A DNA stretch of 64,000 nucleotides from Octopus vulgaris (Eukaryota): assembly GCA_951406725.2 (NCBI GenBank), contig OX597817.1:168392001-168456000 (forward strand), given 5' to 3'. The translations under genes were made by a program, and so were the position numbers. Below the pieces are notes generated by a model that ran no database searches, was not told the origin of the DNA, and worked only from the letters and a program-made list of their open reading frames with translations. Of the stretch, positions 13,193-25,760 are shown piece after piece. Numbering within the stretch: position 1 is the first letter of the stretch; each line of letters begins with the position of its first letter.

Positions 13193-13773
13193 TGAGCTCT
13201 TTAGGTCTCACCGAGGAAATGACCAGAGACCAAGACCTTTGGAAGTATGCTGTGCGTGAGAAGACCCGGCTGGACACGTAAGGCCATAACCCATGGCCCC
13301 TACCTGGAACGTGGTCAGTGCACATGGTCAGTGCACGTGGTCAGTGCACATAACTCTACTTGTGAAGACCTGTTGAGGCAAGTGAAAATGGACAAAATCA
13401 AAAGCAAACTCGATGAACATTAATGGAATTTGTAGTTTTGTGGTACCAGTGCCGGTGGCACATACGAAAACCATCCGAACGTGGCCGTAGCCAGTACCGC
13501 ATTGACTGGCCTCCGTGCCGGTGGCACGTAAAAAACACCATCCGAGCGTGGCCGTTCGCCAGCCTCGCCTGCCACCTGTGTGGGTGGCACGTAAAAAGCA
13601 CCCACTACACTCGCGGAGTGGTTGGCGTTAGGAAGGGCATCCAGCTGTAGAAACACTGCCAGATAAGACTGGAGCCTGGTGCAGCCTTCTGGCTTCCCAG
13701 ATCCCCGGTCGAACCGTCCAACCCATGCTAGCATGGAGAACGGATGTTAAACGATGATGATGATGATGATGAT
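13193..13773 (+). mobile_element. 5'-truncated RTE LINE (ORF end, 3'UTR and (GAT)n tail) with an approximately 24-bp TSD
   Basis: Encodes LGLTEEMTRDQDLWKYAVREKTRLDT*, then the ubiquitous ...ttggcgttaggaagggcatccagc...(GAT)n tail. Flanked by duplicated tgtacRtttatgtgtacatgtgtg. This shows that the many (GAT)n-tailed repeats are RTE 3' ends; others lie near 6550, 7165, 11150, 13950, 14725, 18890, 41890, 42270, 45780, 55945 and 57905. Confidence 0.8.
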
Positions 13774-16614
13774 GTGTACGTTTATGTGTACATGTGTGTG
13801 TTTGTGTTTGCTTCCAGTGCCCAAAAGTACTGTTGTCAAGACAGGCTCAGTGTTCTATCAGCTGTACCAAGTTACCAGCATCCAAACCACCAAGCCCAAT
13901 TATCTCATTCCACTCCCAGTATCGTCTTCTTTGTTTATTTCATCAGAGGCCACCATTCGAGCGTGATCATTACCAGCGTCGCCTTACTGGCACTTGTGCC
14001 TGTGCTAGTAGGGTGCCAAGAGCACCATCCGAGCATGATCGTTGTCAGAGCAGCCAACTGGCTTCCGTGCCAGTGGCACGTAAATGGGCACCATTCGAGC
14101 ATGATCGTTACCAAGAGGATTAGAGCAAGGTCGTTGCCAGTACCGCCTGACTGGCCCCCATGCCGGTGGTACGTAAAAAGCACCCACTACACTCTCAGAG
14201 TGGTTGGCGTTAGGAAGGGCATCCAGCTGTAGAAAACACTGCCAAATCAAGATTGGAGCCTGGTGCAGCCATCTGGTTTGCCAGTCCTCAGTCAAATCGT
14301 CCAACCCATGCCAGCATGGAAAGCAGACGTTAAATGATGATGATGATGATGATGACGATGATGCCTGTTGCCCTTTCACAATAATAAATCAGTTCTTCTT
14401 ATCACACTTTAACTTCTCTCTCTTTACTCTTTTTATTCTTTTACTTGTTTCAGTCATTCGACTGTGGCCATGCTGGAGCACCGCCTTTTAGTCGAGCAAA
14501 TCGACCCCGGGACTTATTCTTTGCAAGCCTAGTACTTATTTTATCGGTCCCTTTTGCCACACTGCTAAGTTATGGGAACATAAACATACCAGCATTGGTT
14601 GTCAAGCGATGTTGGAGGGACAAACACAGACACACAGACAAATACACACACACATACATATATACATATACACACACACATACATATATACATACACACA
14701 CACACATATATATATATATAAATATCATCATCATCACATTTTAACGTCCGTTTTCCACGCTAGCACGGGTTGGACGGTTCGACCGGGGTCTGGGAAACCA
14801 GGGGCTGCACCAGGCTCCAGTCTGATCTGGCAGAGTTTCTACAGCTGGATGCCCTTCCTAATGCCAACCACTCCGCAAGTGTAGTGGGTGCTTTTTATAC
14901 ACACATACATATATACGACAAGCTTCTTTCAGTTTCCATCTACCAAATCCACTCACAAGGCTTTGGTCGGCCCGAGGCTATAGTAGATAACACTTGTCCA
15001 AGGTGCCACTCAGTGGGACTGAACCCAGAACCATGTGGTTGGTAAGCAAGCTACTTACCACACAGCCACACCTACGCCTAGTTCTCTCAGCATTTCTTCT
15101 AAATTTCTCAATCACTTTCACTCCTCTTATCCATTTTCAACTGTAGAGAGTCTCTAGACTTGTGAGTCACATGGCAATCTCACTAGTGCTGGTACCAAGA
15201 AAAAAGTATCTAGTACACACTATAAATTTGTTGGCAAATTGAGCAGCGGGTGAGAGGAGTTTTTAGTCTTGCTGGAGACAAGACAAACTCTGTAGTCCTG
15301 GTGCCATGACAAAATGCACCCAGTACACTCTGTACTGCGATTATTGTTAGCAAGGGCATCTAGCCAGATAAACCTTGAAATATTGGAGCAAGACGTGGTT
15401 CCCTAACCTGTCAAATCCTGTCAAACTGTTCAATGCACACCAGCATGGAATGTCTGTTACGTGGCCTTGGGTTGAATCTCACTCTGCAACACCTTGAGCA
15501 AGTATTTTTTTATTTTGCTATATCCCTGGGCTGACCAAAGCCTTGTGAGTGGATTTGGTAGAAGGAAACTGAAAGAAGCCCGTCGTATATATGTACATAT
15601 ATGTACGTGTGTCTGTGTTTGTTCCCTCAACATCACTTGACAACCGATGCTGGTATGTTTACATCCTCGTCACTTAGTGGTTTGGCAAGGGAGACCAATA
15701 GAATAAGTACTAGATTTACAAAGAATAAGTCCTGGGGTCGATTTGGTCAACTAAAGACGGTGCTCCAGCATGGCCGCAGTCAAATATATGTGTTTGTGTG
15801 TATCCTTGTCTAGTCATTATCTGATGGTGAGCTGGCAGAACCGTTAGCATGCCGAGCGAAATGCGTAGCCGTATTTCGTTTGCTCTTACATTCTGAGTTC
15901 AAATTCTGCTGAGGTCGACTTTGCCTTTCATCCTTTAGGGGTCGATAAATTAAGTACCAGTTATGCACTGGGGTCGATGTAATCAGCTTAATCCCTTTGT
16001 CTGTCCTTGTTTGTCCCCTCTGTGTATAGCCCCTTGTGGGTAGTAAAGAAATAGGTTGTAAATGAGCATCATTGTTATACAGGTGAGGTTGCTTATTTCA
16101 AATCTTCTGTGAAAAACATGTCTGGCTTTGAGAAAATATTACCTTGCTTGGAAACAGATGTGGATTGGTGACAGGAAGGGCATCCTGCTATTGAAAATCT
16201 GCATCAGCAAATTCTGTCTAACCAATGCAAACATAGAATAGTGGAATGTTAGATGATGGTGATGGTGATTATATATATCATCATCATCATTTAATGTCCA
16301 TTATCCATGCTGGCTTGGGTTGGACAGTTTAACCAGAGCTGGGGAGTTGTACCAGACTCCAGTTTAATTTGGCCTGGTTTCTATAGCTGGATGCCCTTCC
16401 TAATCCCAAACAATTTGCAGAGTATGTTGGGTGCTTTTACACGGCGTGCGCGCACATACACACACACACAAAATTTGAGGGGTTTAGTTCACTTATGATC
16501 TAAATGAACAGGTATGCTACGTAAATGCTATAGTAGGTTGACTGTCAGCTTCCAAGTATACAGCTAAGGCTGGATCTAGGGATCCATGTTAAGGTTCCAT
16601 TATAGCAAGTATAT

Positions 16615-17131
16615 ATTACATGGAAAAATGCAAGCATGAAAAGTAATATTCTTTAGATTATAAACCTGGAAAAGTACAGGACAAGTTATTACACCTGTAA
16701 AAGTATAGGACAAACTATTAGTTCCAGTAAAGTAAAGAATAAGAAACTTTTTACTTAAAATATTTCAGCAAAGAATGCCAGTTCTTCTAATTTATCACAC
16801 TTTACAGTTCTCATCGTTTAAATTTATTGTACAAAACTGTTCAGCTAATTTGTAAGTTTGTCTAATTAGTCACGTTTTTCTGTATTTAAGATAGTAAATT
16901 AGCCAAATTCTACTTAAATAAGTATAGTATTATTTGTTAAACTATAATAGAATAAGTTTTAATATTCAAATTTTAATTTTAGCTGCAATATTTTAAGTAA
17001 AAAGTTTCATATTCTTTACTTGAAGTAATAGTTTGTCCTATACTTTTACAGGTGTAATAACTTGCCCTGTACTTTCCCAGGTTTATAATCTTAAGAATAT
17101 TACTTTTCATGCTTGCATTTTTCCATGTAAT
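16615..17131. mobile_element. AT-rich foldback element with about 105-bp TIRs
   Basis: attacatggaaaaatgcaagcatgaaaagtaatattc... is mirrored by ...gaatattacttttcatgcttgcatttttccatgtaat. Confidence 0.8.
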
Positions 17132-19727
17132 CCATGATTTTTCCAGACATTGCTGTTATAAGATAATTGATAATTTAAGATTTTACCTTATAAAATACTG
17201 AAAAATAATATTTCAATTTTTCGATGTAAGTGATGATAATATTTCAATTTTTTATGTTTAATTTAAATATACGTTGTGATTGAATTATTTGATATTACCC
17301 ATCCACACCAAATTAATGGCAGGGATTTTTACCATGTTGTTGGTTGCACCATGGCTCACCAAAGTTAAAAACAACATGACCCCAAAACCATCAGTTACCA
17401 GGCTCACCTTAAGTAACCTAATTTTGCAATAGTAGGAGGTCATAGGAATTCACTTAATGAAAAAAAAAGTTCCAATGATTCTGGGGATTTTTTCTGAACC
17501 AAAATATGGGTAGTAGTAGTAGTAGTAGTAGTAAGGATGCTAGTCTTTTCAGGTATTTTTCAGAACTATAAATTGTGTACATACGTTCATGCATGCACAC
17601 ACACACACACACACACGTGTGTGTGTAGAAATACTCAACAAAGTTACATCTATTTCACAGAAACCTCTCCAAATTCTTGATCATTTCTTGAAATACAAAA
17701 TATAATGGTATTGTTAAAAAAAAAAAAAACCGCAAACTGCAGTAACTGTCATTGACATGGTGCTAACTGGTTCTTTAACAAGCCATTCTAGGTCAAGGAC
17801 AAGTTACCAATTCCAGTACCAGTTCTTCACTGGAAAGTGGTAAACTAGCAAGAGATTTCTGTCACTTTACATCTGAGATTTAAAAAAAAAAAACCCCAGA
17901 AAAAAAAAAACAAATACAACATTCAAATAAAAATACATAAGAAGATACAAAAAAAACAAACTTGTCATCCATTTACTACTTTATAATTTTGACAGCACCA
18001 TCTTGTTTTTGTTGCTGTTCTAGTTATTGATGTTACCAGCAGTAATGTCAGTTGTCATTCCAACAAATAGTGTTGTTGTTGTTGTTAGTCTTTTTGTAAT
18101 GGTTGTTGTTACTTTTCTTTATCACTTGTACCATTTGTCATTGTTGTGTCTGTCAGTGTTGTTGCTGTTGTTGTTGTTATTTTCTTTTGTTTTTAACTGT
18201 TTCTGTCATTTGGCTGCGGCCATGCTGGAACAACACTTCTTTGAAGGATTTTTTGTCAAACATATCAACCCCCGCCCCCCCCCCCCGGTGCTATTTTTTA
18301 TTTCTTTATTTATCTATTTATTTTTTGAAGTCTGGTACTTAATTTCATTCTTGTGTCTATTCCTGAACCACTAAGTTAATGGGACATAAACAAACCAACA
18401 GTGGTTATCAAGTGGTAGGAGAACAAACAAAGACACAAACATGCATACATATATATCATACACATCACACACGTTTTCCTTTAATTTAGTCATTTGACTG
18501 TGGCCATGCTGGATCACTGCCTTTAAAGGGTTTTAGTTGAAGAAATCGGCCTCAGGACTTATTCTTTGTAAGCCTAGTACTTACTTACTTATTCTGTTAG
18601 TCTCTTTTGCTAAACCGTCACAGAGACATAAACACATCAGCGTCAGATGTCAAGCGATGGTGGAGGGGACAAACACAGACGCAAGAACATGTACACATAA
18701 ATATGTATACATTCATATATACGACAGGCTTCTTTCAGTTTCCGCCTACCAAATCCACTCACAAGGTTTGGGTCAGCCCAAGGCTATAGCAGAAGACACT
18801 TGCCCAGAGTGCCATGCAGTGGGACTGAACCTGGAACCATGTCATTTGGAAGCAAGCTTCTTGCCACACCACCATATATATATATATGGTCTGGGAAGCC
18901 AGGAGGCTGCACCAGGCTCCGGTCTTATCTGGCAGTGTTTCTACAGCTGGATGCCCTTCCTAACGCCAACCACTCCGAGAGTGTAGTGGGTGCTTTTTAC
19001 GTGCCACGGGCACAGGTGCCAGGGGAGGCTGGCAACGGCCATGATCGGTTGGTGCTTTTTACGTGCCATCGGCACGGAAGCCAGTCAAGGCAGCACGCTA
19101 TATTGATTTTTTCGTCTTCCTGTGATGTCCTGTACGTATATATATTTATATATGCATGTATATATACATGTAGATGTTGGTACGTACATATATGTTTGTA
19201 TGTATGCATATATTTTATTTATTACACTATATATATATATATATATATTTATGTATGTATATATATGTCGGGATTCCACACAATTTTCATGTATCAGATT
19301 CACTCACAAGGCATCAGTCCGGGGCTTGGCTATTGTAGGAGACACTTGTCCTAGATGCCACGCAGTGGGACTGAACTCAAAACCACATGGTTGCAAAGCA
19401 GGCTTCTTAACCACACAGCCATGTTTATGTCTGTGTTAATGTTACCATTGTAATAATCACTTATCCTTGTTGTTTTGTTGTTCTTTTTTGTTACTCTTGT
19501 TGTTGTTGTTATGGTTAGTGTTGTTGCTGTTGTTGTTATTGTAGCCAGTCAGGTGACAGTAACAGTCCACCAAGTGAACACCTGCCAATATAATTCTTTT
19601 AATTTCTCTGACACACCAACATCTTCTTCTTTTGCATTCAGTATTCCAATTATTTGGTTTGCTTTGAGGTTTTTTTATATTTCATTTTTCCAACCCATAT
19701 TTGCCACCCCGCCTCTAGCAGTAGCAG

Positions 19728-19751
19728 CACCACCACCACCATCACCATCCT

Positions 19752-19811
<60 letters not shown>

Positions 19812-19940
19812 CACCACCTGCACCATCCTTACTACTACTACTACCACCTGCACCATCCTTACTACCACCACCACCACCTGCACCATCCTTACTACTACTA
19901 CTACTACTACCACCACCACCACCACCTGCACCATCCTTAC

Positions 19941-19976
<36 letters not shown>

Positions 19977-20234
19977 CACCACCTGCACCATCCTTACTAC
20001 TACTACTACTACTACCACCACCACCACCACCTGCACCATCCTTACTACTACTACTACTACTACCACCTGCACCATCCTTACTACCACCACCACCACCTGC
20101 ACCATCCTTACTACTACTACTACTACCACCTGCACCATCCTTACTACCACCACCACCACCTGCACCATCCTTACTACTACTACTACTACCACCTGCACCA
20201 TCCTTACTACCACCACCACCACCTGCACCATCCT

Positions 20235-20270
<36 letters not shown>

Positions 20271-20315
20271 CTGCACCATCCTTACTACTACTACTACTAC
20301 CACCTGCACCATCCT

Positions 20316-20355
<40 letters not shown>

Positions 20356-20366
20356 TGCACCATCCT

Positions 20367-20406
<40 letters not shown>

Positions 20407-20610
20407 TGCACCATCCTTACTACTACTACTACTACCACCTGCACCATCCTTACTACTACTACTACCACCACCTGCACCATCCTTACTACTACTACTACTA
20501 CTACTACTACTGCCTATATCATCCTTACTACTGCTACCATCACCATCTATACCATCTTTACTACTACTGCTACCTCCATCCCTCACTACTACTACTACTA
20601 CTACTACCCT
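19728..20610. repeat. Compound (CTA)n/(CCA)n minisatellite punctuated by cctgcaccatcctta
   Basis: About 20 variable-length units, producing low-complexity ORFs in four frames. Confidence 0.95.
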
Positions 20611-20812
20611 CACCCCATCCCCACCATCTCCCCACTCAAATAGCATACATAGTCTAAAGATGCAGAAAGCAAACAAACAAAACCAAACAAAATCAGAATA
20701 TAATTATGTAATCTCGTAATCTTGCATTCAATTTTAAATGTTTTCTTAAGTGTTTATTCCTCATGTTTTGTTGTTGTTGTTGTTCTTTTGCAGCAGAGAA
20801 CTGAAGAGAAAG

Positions 20813-20917
20813 ATGTTACGTGTTGCATTAGGGACAGCTGTTACCGTGGCGCCAATGGTAATCTTCTTCCATGACAATATAGGTTTCATTGCAAAAGTTG
20901 AAGGAGCATCAATGCAG
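20813..20917 (+). CDS. IMMP2L: IMMP2L (mitochondrial inner membrane protease subunit 2), first recognisable coding exon, containing the catalytic Ser motif
   Basis: Translates MLRVALGTAVTVAPMVIFFHDNIGFIAKVEGASMQ: a hydrophobic segment followed by the S26 peptidase box VEGASM. Preceded by a (TTG)n/pyrimidine tract and CAGCAG acceptor (20791-20796). Followed by a phase-0 donor CAG|GTTAAGT at 20918. Human IMMP2L has ARVEGASMQ|P at the matching junction (recalled, not searched). The exon starts at 20794 or 20797 and the frame is open upstream of the ATG. Confidence 0.9.
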
Positions 20918-21973
20918 GTTAAGTAGCATCTTTTTACCAAAGTCCCTGAAATCCAACCCTCTAAATCTTAACTCCTTATCTCCCATTTTTTATACACCTA
21001 TACCCCAGATTTTACCCCTGATCTTAACCCTTAGCCCCTTATCCCAACTATGTAACAGACTGCAGAACATTAACTAATTATATATGCATTTTTGTACCAA
21101 ACACCTTTAGATCCAACCGTTTAAGCCCTAACTTCTAATCCTTACCCTAACTCCTTATTCTAACTCACGACCCTCATCTTTTATACTCATCTCCTATTCT
21201 TTACTTTTGATCTTAACTCCTAACCCAAAACATGCCACACCCCAGACCTTATGAATTAACTAATTATATGCAACCATGTTCGTTTAATTCATTTAAACTT
21301 GCTCTAAAATGTTTATTCACATTAAAAGAACATACAGTTTTTTTTAATCTGTTTATTTTCTGGTCCTGTCATGTTAAGAGAGTGTGAAAGCCAGAGTGTA
21401 TTAAACGCTAAGAGTGTAAGTGACAGTAGCTGAATTAAAAGGAGCGTGAGTTGAAAGATGAAGTGTTTATTACCCTTGGTGGAGTGACATTCTACAAAAA
21501 GAGAAAGAGTGAGTGAGTGAAGAAGAATTAAATTGAGAGGAAGTTAGGGTAAGAGGTTGGAGAGATAGAATGAAAGTCACTAAGGCTTTTCACTTCAAAA
21601 TGAAATCGTTTACATCCAGTTGATTGGATGTAAACGATGGCCATGTCATTAGGTGTCATGTTGAGTTCAGTTAACCCATGACCTATTGCTCATTTTAAAA
21701 TTACAGTTTTAAGATTATGAAGGTAATGAAAAACTTTATATTAAAGTTTATGTTTGTGTAATTTATTCCATACTCAAATAAACCAAGGTTGTCCTATCTG
21801 AACCCCCAAGAAAGTGGATGTTTGGATTGAAACTGTGATAAGTAATTTTATGACATCTCATCATTGGTTTAACATCTACTTTTCATTCTTGCATGTGTTG
21901 GCCAAAGTTTATTGAAAGAGATTTTCTATGGCATGGAGGGCTGGAAACAAAATGACACTAATTGGATGATAGG

Positions 21974-22355
21974 TGGAGGCGCAATGGCCCAGTGGTTAGG
22001 GCAGCGGACTCACGGTCATAGGATCGCGGTTTTGATTCCCAGACCGGGCGTTGTGAGTGTTTATTGAGCGAAAACACCTAAAGCTCCACGAGGCTCCAGC
22101 AGGGGATAGTGGTGATCCCTACTGTACTCTTTCACCACAACTTTCTCTCACTCTTACTTCCTGTTTCTGTTGTACCTGTATTTCATAGGGCCGGCCTTGT
22201 CACTCTCTGTGTCACACTGAATATCCCCGAGAACTACGTTAAGGGTACACGTGTCTGTGGAGTGCTCAGCCACTTACACGTTAATTTCACGAGCAGGCTG
22301 TTCCGTTGATTCGGATCAACCGGAACCCTCATCGTTGTAACCGACGGAGTGCTTC
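21974..22355 (+). mobile_element. tRNA-derived SINE family D
   Basis: ggaggcgcaatggcccagtggttagggcagcggac...gtttgattccc carries A and B boxes. Related heads lie at 24162(+), 33850(-), 36396(-), 40030(-) and 56991(+). Confidence 0.8.
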
Positions 22356-22994
22356 CCTTCCCTTAATTGGATGATGGTGATGCTTATTTGCAACTATCAT
22401 GTGTTGTGAAGACAAGGATAGGGACACACACACATGGTGGGCTTCTTTTAGTTTCCATCTACCAAATCTACTCACGAAGATTTGATTGGCCCACTTGCCC
22501 AAAGTGCCACATCATAGGACTGAACCTAAAACCATCTGGTTGTAGAGCAGACATCTTAACTACACATATATATCATCATTTAGCATCTGCTTTCCACGTT
22601 GGCATCGGTTAGACGGTCTGACTGGTGCTGGCAAGCCGGAGAGCTGCACCAAGTTCCAGTCTGATCTGGCATGGTTTCTACAGCTGGATGCCCTTGTTAA
22701 TGCCAACCACTCCAGGAGTGTAATAGGTGCTTTTTATGTGACACTGGCATTGGCCACAACCATGGTTTCACTTGGCTTGACAAGTCTTCTCAAGCATGGC
22801 ATATCACCACACACACACACACACACACACACGTGTGTTTTCTGTGTCTCTGGTCAAGTTTATGTTTATGCTGGTCTAAAAGCTGGACTTGTAATTTATG
22901 TTGTGCTTTCTCTTTTTATGTCCCTAAAATAAACAAATAAGTACTGAATATATCTGATCAAAGAGCTTCCAATAATTAGGTTAGAGGAAAGGAA

Positions 22995-23409
22995 GGCAGC
23001 AGACTGGCGGAAACGTTAGCACGCCGGGCGATATGCTTAGCGGTATTTCGTCTGCCACTACGTTCTGAGTTCAAATTCTGCCGAGGTCGACTTTGCCTTT
23101 CATCCATTCAGGGTCGATAAATTAAGTACCAGTTACGCACTGGGGTCGATGTAATCGACTTAATACCTATGTCTGTCCTTGTTTGTCCCCTCTGTGTTTA
23201 GCCCCTAGTGGGTAATAAAGAAATAGGTATTTCGTCTGTCACTATGTTCTGAGTTCAAATTCTGCCAAGGTCGACTTTGCCTTTCATCCATTCAGGGTCG
23301 ATTAAATAAGTACCAGTTATGCACTGGGGTCGATATAATCGACTTAATCTGTTTGTCTGTCCTTGCTTGTTCCTTCTGTGTTTAGCCCCTTGTGGGTAGT
23401 AAAGAAATA
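22995..23409 (+). mobile_element. SINE family A dimer
   Basis: Internal junction gaaatag|gtatttcgtctg. Flanked by TSD taggttagaggaaaggaag. Confidence 0.85.
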
Positions 23410-23606
23410 GGTTAGAGGAAAGGAAGAGGTTATCCTCAGATCTGAGACCTGGCTTGAATGCTTGCAATAGAATAGACTCTACTGAAGGCACCTAAGAGCC
23501 AAGTGGTGGTGTTAAACAGATAGCCAAAACTATAGTAGATTTGGCTATGGTTCTGTGCTGTGGTATCTTACCCCAAAACCTTATAATTATGAAGATCTTG
23601 ACCACA

Positions 23607-24452
23607 CAACAATGCACATGGCCTAGTGGTTAAAGCAGCTGACTGTGGAGGCACATGGCCTAGTGGTTAGAGCAGCGGATTGTGGAGGCACATGACCTAG
23701 TGGTTAGAGCAGCGGATTGTGGAGGCACATGGCCTAGTGGTTAGAGCAGTGGACTGTAGAAGCACATGGCCTAGTGGTTAAAGCAGCGGACTGTGGAGGC
23801 ACATGGCCTAGTGGTTAGAGCAGTGGACTGTGGAGGCACATGGCCTAGTGGTTAGAGCAGTGGACTGTGGAGGCACATGGCCTAGTGGTTAGAGCAGCGG
23901 ACTGTGGAGGCACATGGCCTAGTGGTTAGAGCAGCGGACTGTGGAGGCACATGACCTAGTGGTTAGAGCAGCGGACTGTGGAGGCACATGGCCTAGTGGT
24001 TAGAGCAGTGGACTGTGGAGGCACATGGCCTAGTGGTTAGAGCAGCGGATTGTGGAGGCACATGACCTAGTGGTTAGAGCAGTGGACTGTGGAGGCACAT
24101 GGCCTAGTGGTTAGAGCAGTGGACTGTGGAGGCACATGGCCTGGTGGTTAGAGCAGCGGACTGTGGAGGCACATGGCCTAGTGGTTAGAGCAGCGGACTC
24201 GTGGTCAAGGGATCACGGGTTCGAATCTCAGACCGGGTGATGTGTGTGTTTATGAGCAAAACACCTAATCTCCACGCGGCTCCGGCAGAAGGTAATGGTG
24301 AACTTCTGCTGACTCTTTCGCCACAACTTTCTCTCACTCTTTCCTCCTGCATCTTGCAGCTCACCTGCGATGAACCAGTGTCCTGTCCAGGTGGGGAAGC
24401 TATACGCCAAGGAAACCGGGGAAACCGGCCCTTATGAGCCAGGCATGGCTTG
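23607..24452 (+). repeat. 37-bp minisatellite (about 16 copies) made of a SINE 5' head, running into the full SINE
   Basis: Unit tgtggaggcacatggcctagtggttagagcagcggac repeats every 37 nt from 23644 to 24162. The last unit continues into ...cacgggttcgaatc and the SINE body. Confidence 0.9.
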
Positions 24453-24829
24453 AGAGCCCAGCGACATAGTTGATAGGAGAGTAAAGGAACACTGTTGCCC
24501 CCTCAAGCATATTTTTCAAAATTGGCGCCTTTTCAACCATTTTATTTTTTTTTCAAACTCTTAGTTTCATACATAATGACATCGTTACTGAAACATGAAA
24601 TTAATGAATGTAAAATACAATTATGTATATTATCACTAATGAATTATTTCATTTAATAAAAGAGAAATGTGTTAATTGTTTGGTATGTTTCATGGCATCT
24701 TCTTTTTTTTTTTATGTGCTTGGTCCCCCTAACTGGCCCCACCCCTGCTGTCACGATGTATCTTGCTTTCCCTCAGCTAACTTCCCCCTGTCTTTCTTTC
24801 TCCCACTCAACACACCCTCCTTCCTTATT

Positions 24830-25236
24830 TAGTTCCCTCTATTCCCTTTCTCTCTTTCTCTCTTACTACTCATCTCTTCCTCTTTCTTTCTTTCAACTCT
24901 CTCTCTCTCTCTCTCCCTCTTTCATTCTCTCTCACTCAACTGTCCTTTTTTCTCATTCATCTCTCTTGCTCTGCTTCTTTCTTCTCTCTCAAGTCTCTCT
25001 CTCTTTTCTCTTAACTCTCTCTCTCTCTCTTCTCTCTCAACTATCTCTCTTTCTTCTCTCTTAACTCTCTATCTCTTTTCTCTTAACTCTCTCTCCCTCT
25101 CTTCTCTCTCCACTATCTCTCTTTCTTCTCTCTCAAGTCTCTCTCTCTTTTCTCTTAACTCTCTCTCTCTCTCTCTCTCTTCTCTCTCAACTATCTCTCT
25201 CTCTTCTCTCTCAAGTCTCTCTCTCTTTTCTCTTAA

Positions 25237-25268
<32 letters not shown>

Positions 25269-25316
25269 AACTATCTCTCTTTCTTCTCTCTCAAGCCTCT
25301 CTCTCTTTTCTCTTAA

Positions 25317-25347
<31 letters not shown>

Positions 25348-25384
25348 CTCTCTCAACTATCTCTCTCTCTTCTCTCTCAAGTCT

Positions 25385-25419
<35 letters not shown>

Positions 25420-25760
25420 CTTAACTATCTCTCTTTCTTCTCTCTCAAGCCTCTCTCTCTTTTCTCTTAACTCTCTCTCTCTCTCTCTCTCTCTCCCTAT
25501 CTTCTCTCTCTCTCCCTATCTTCTCTCTCAACTATCTCTCTCTCTTCTCTCTCAAGTCTCTCTTCTCTCTTAACTCTCTATCTCTTTTCTCTCAACTATC
25601 TCTCTTCTCTCTCTTTCTTTTCTCTCAGCTCTCTCATTTAATGCCCTTTCTTTCTCTTCTCATTCCCCAATCACCCTCTCTCTATCTTCTCTCTCAATTT
25701 CCTTCCTCTCTTTCTTCTCTCAACTTCTTTTTCTTCTCACACAACTCTCTTTCTCTCTCA
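24830..25760. repeat. (CT)n-derived polypyrimidine repeat with about 70-80-bp higher-order units
   Basis: Recurring ttaac(tc)n ... caactatctctct ... caagtctctc blocks. Confidence 0.9.

Noticed and set aside
19475-20719. Poly-L/P, poly-T, poly-V and G/S-rich ORFs (mucin- or silk-like appearance)
   Set aside because: A trinucleotide compound repeat open in four frames, with no unique domain or supported splice structure.
21974-22050. tRNA genes at SINE heads
   Set aside because: A and B boxes are present, but there is no convincing acceptor stem or poly-T terminator, and each head runs into a SINE body.
23607-24200. 37-bp direct repeats resembling a CRISPR array or tRNA cluster
   Set aside because: The units are contiguous with no unique spacers, there are no cas genes, and the context is eukaryotic. 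Each unit is only the 5' part of a tRNA-like SINE head.
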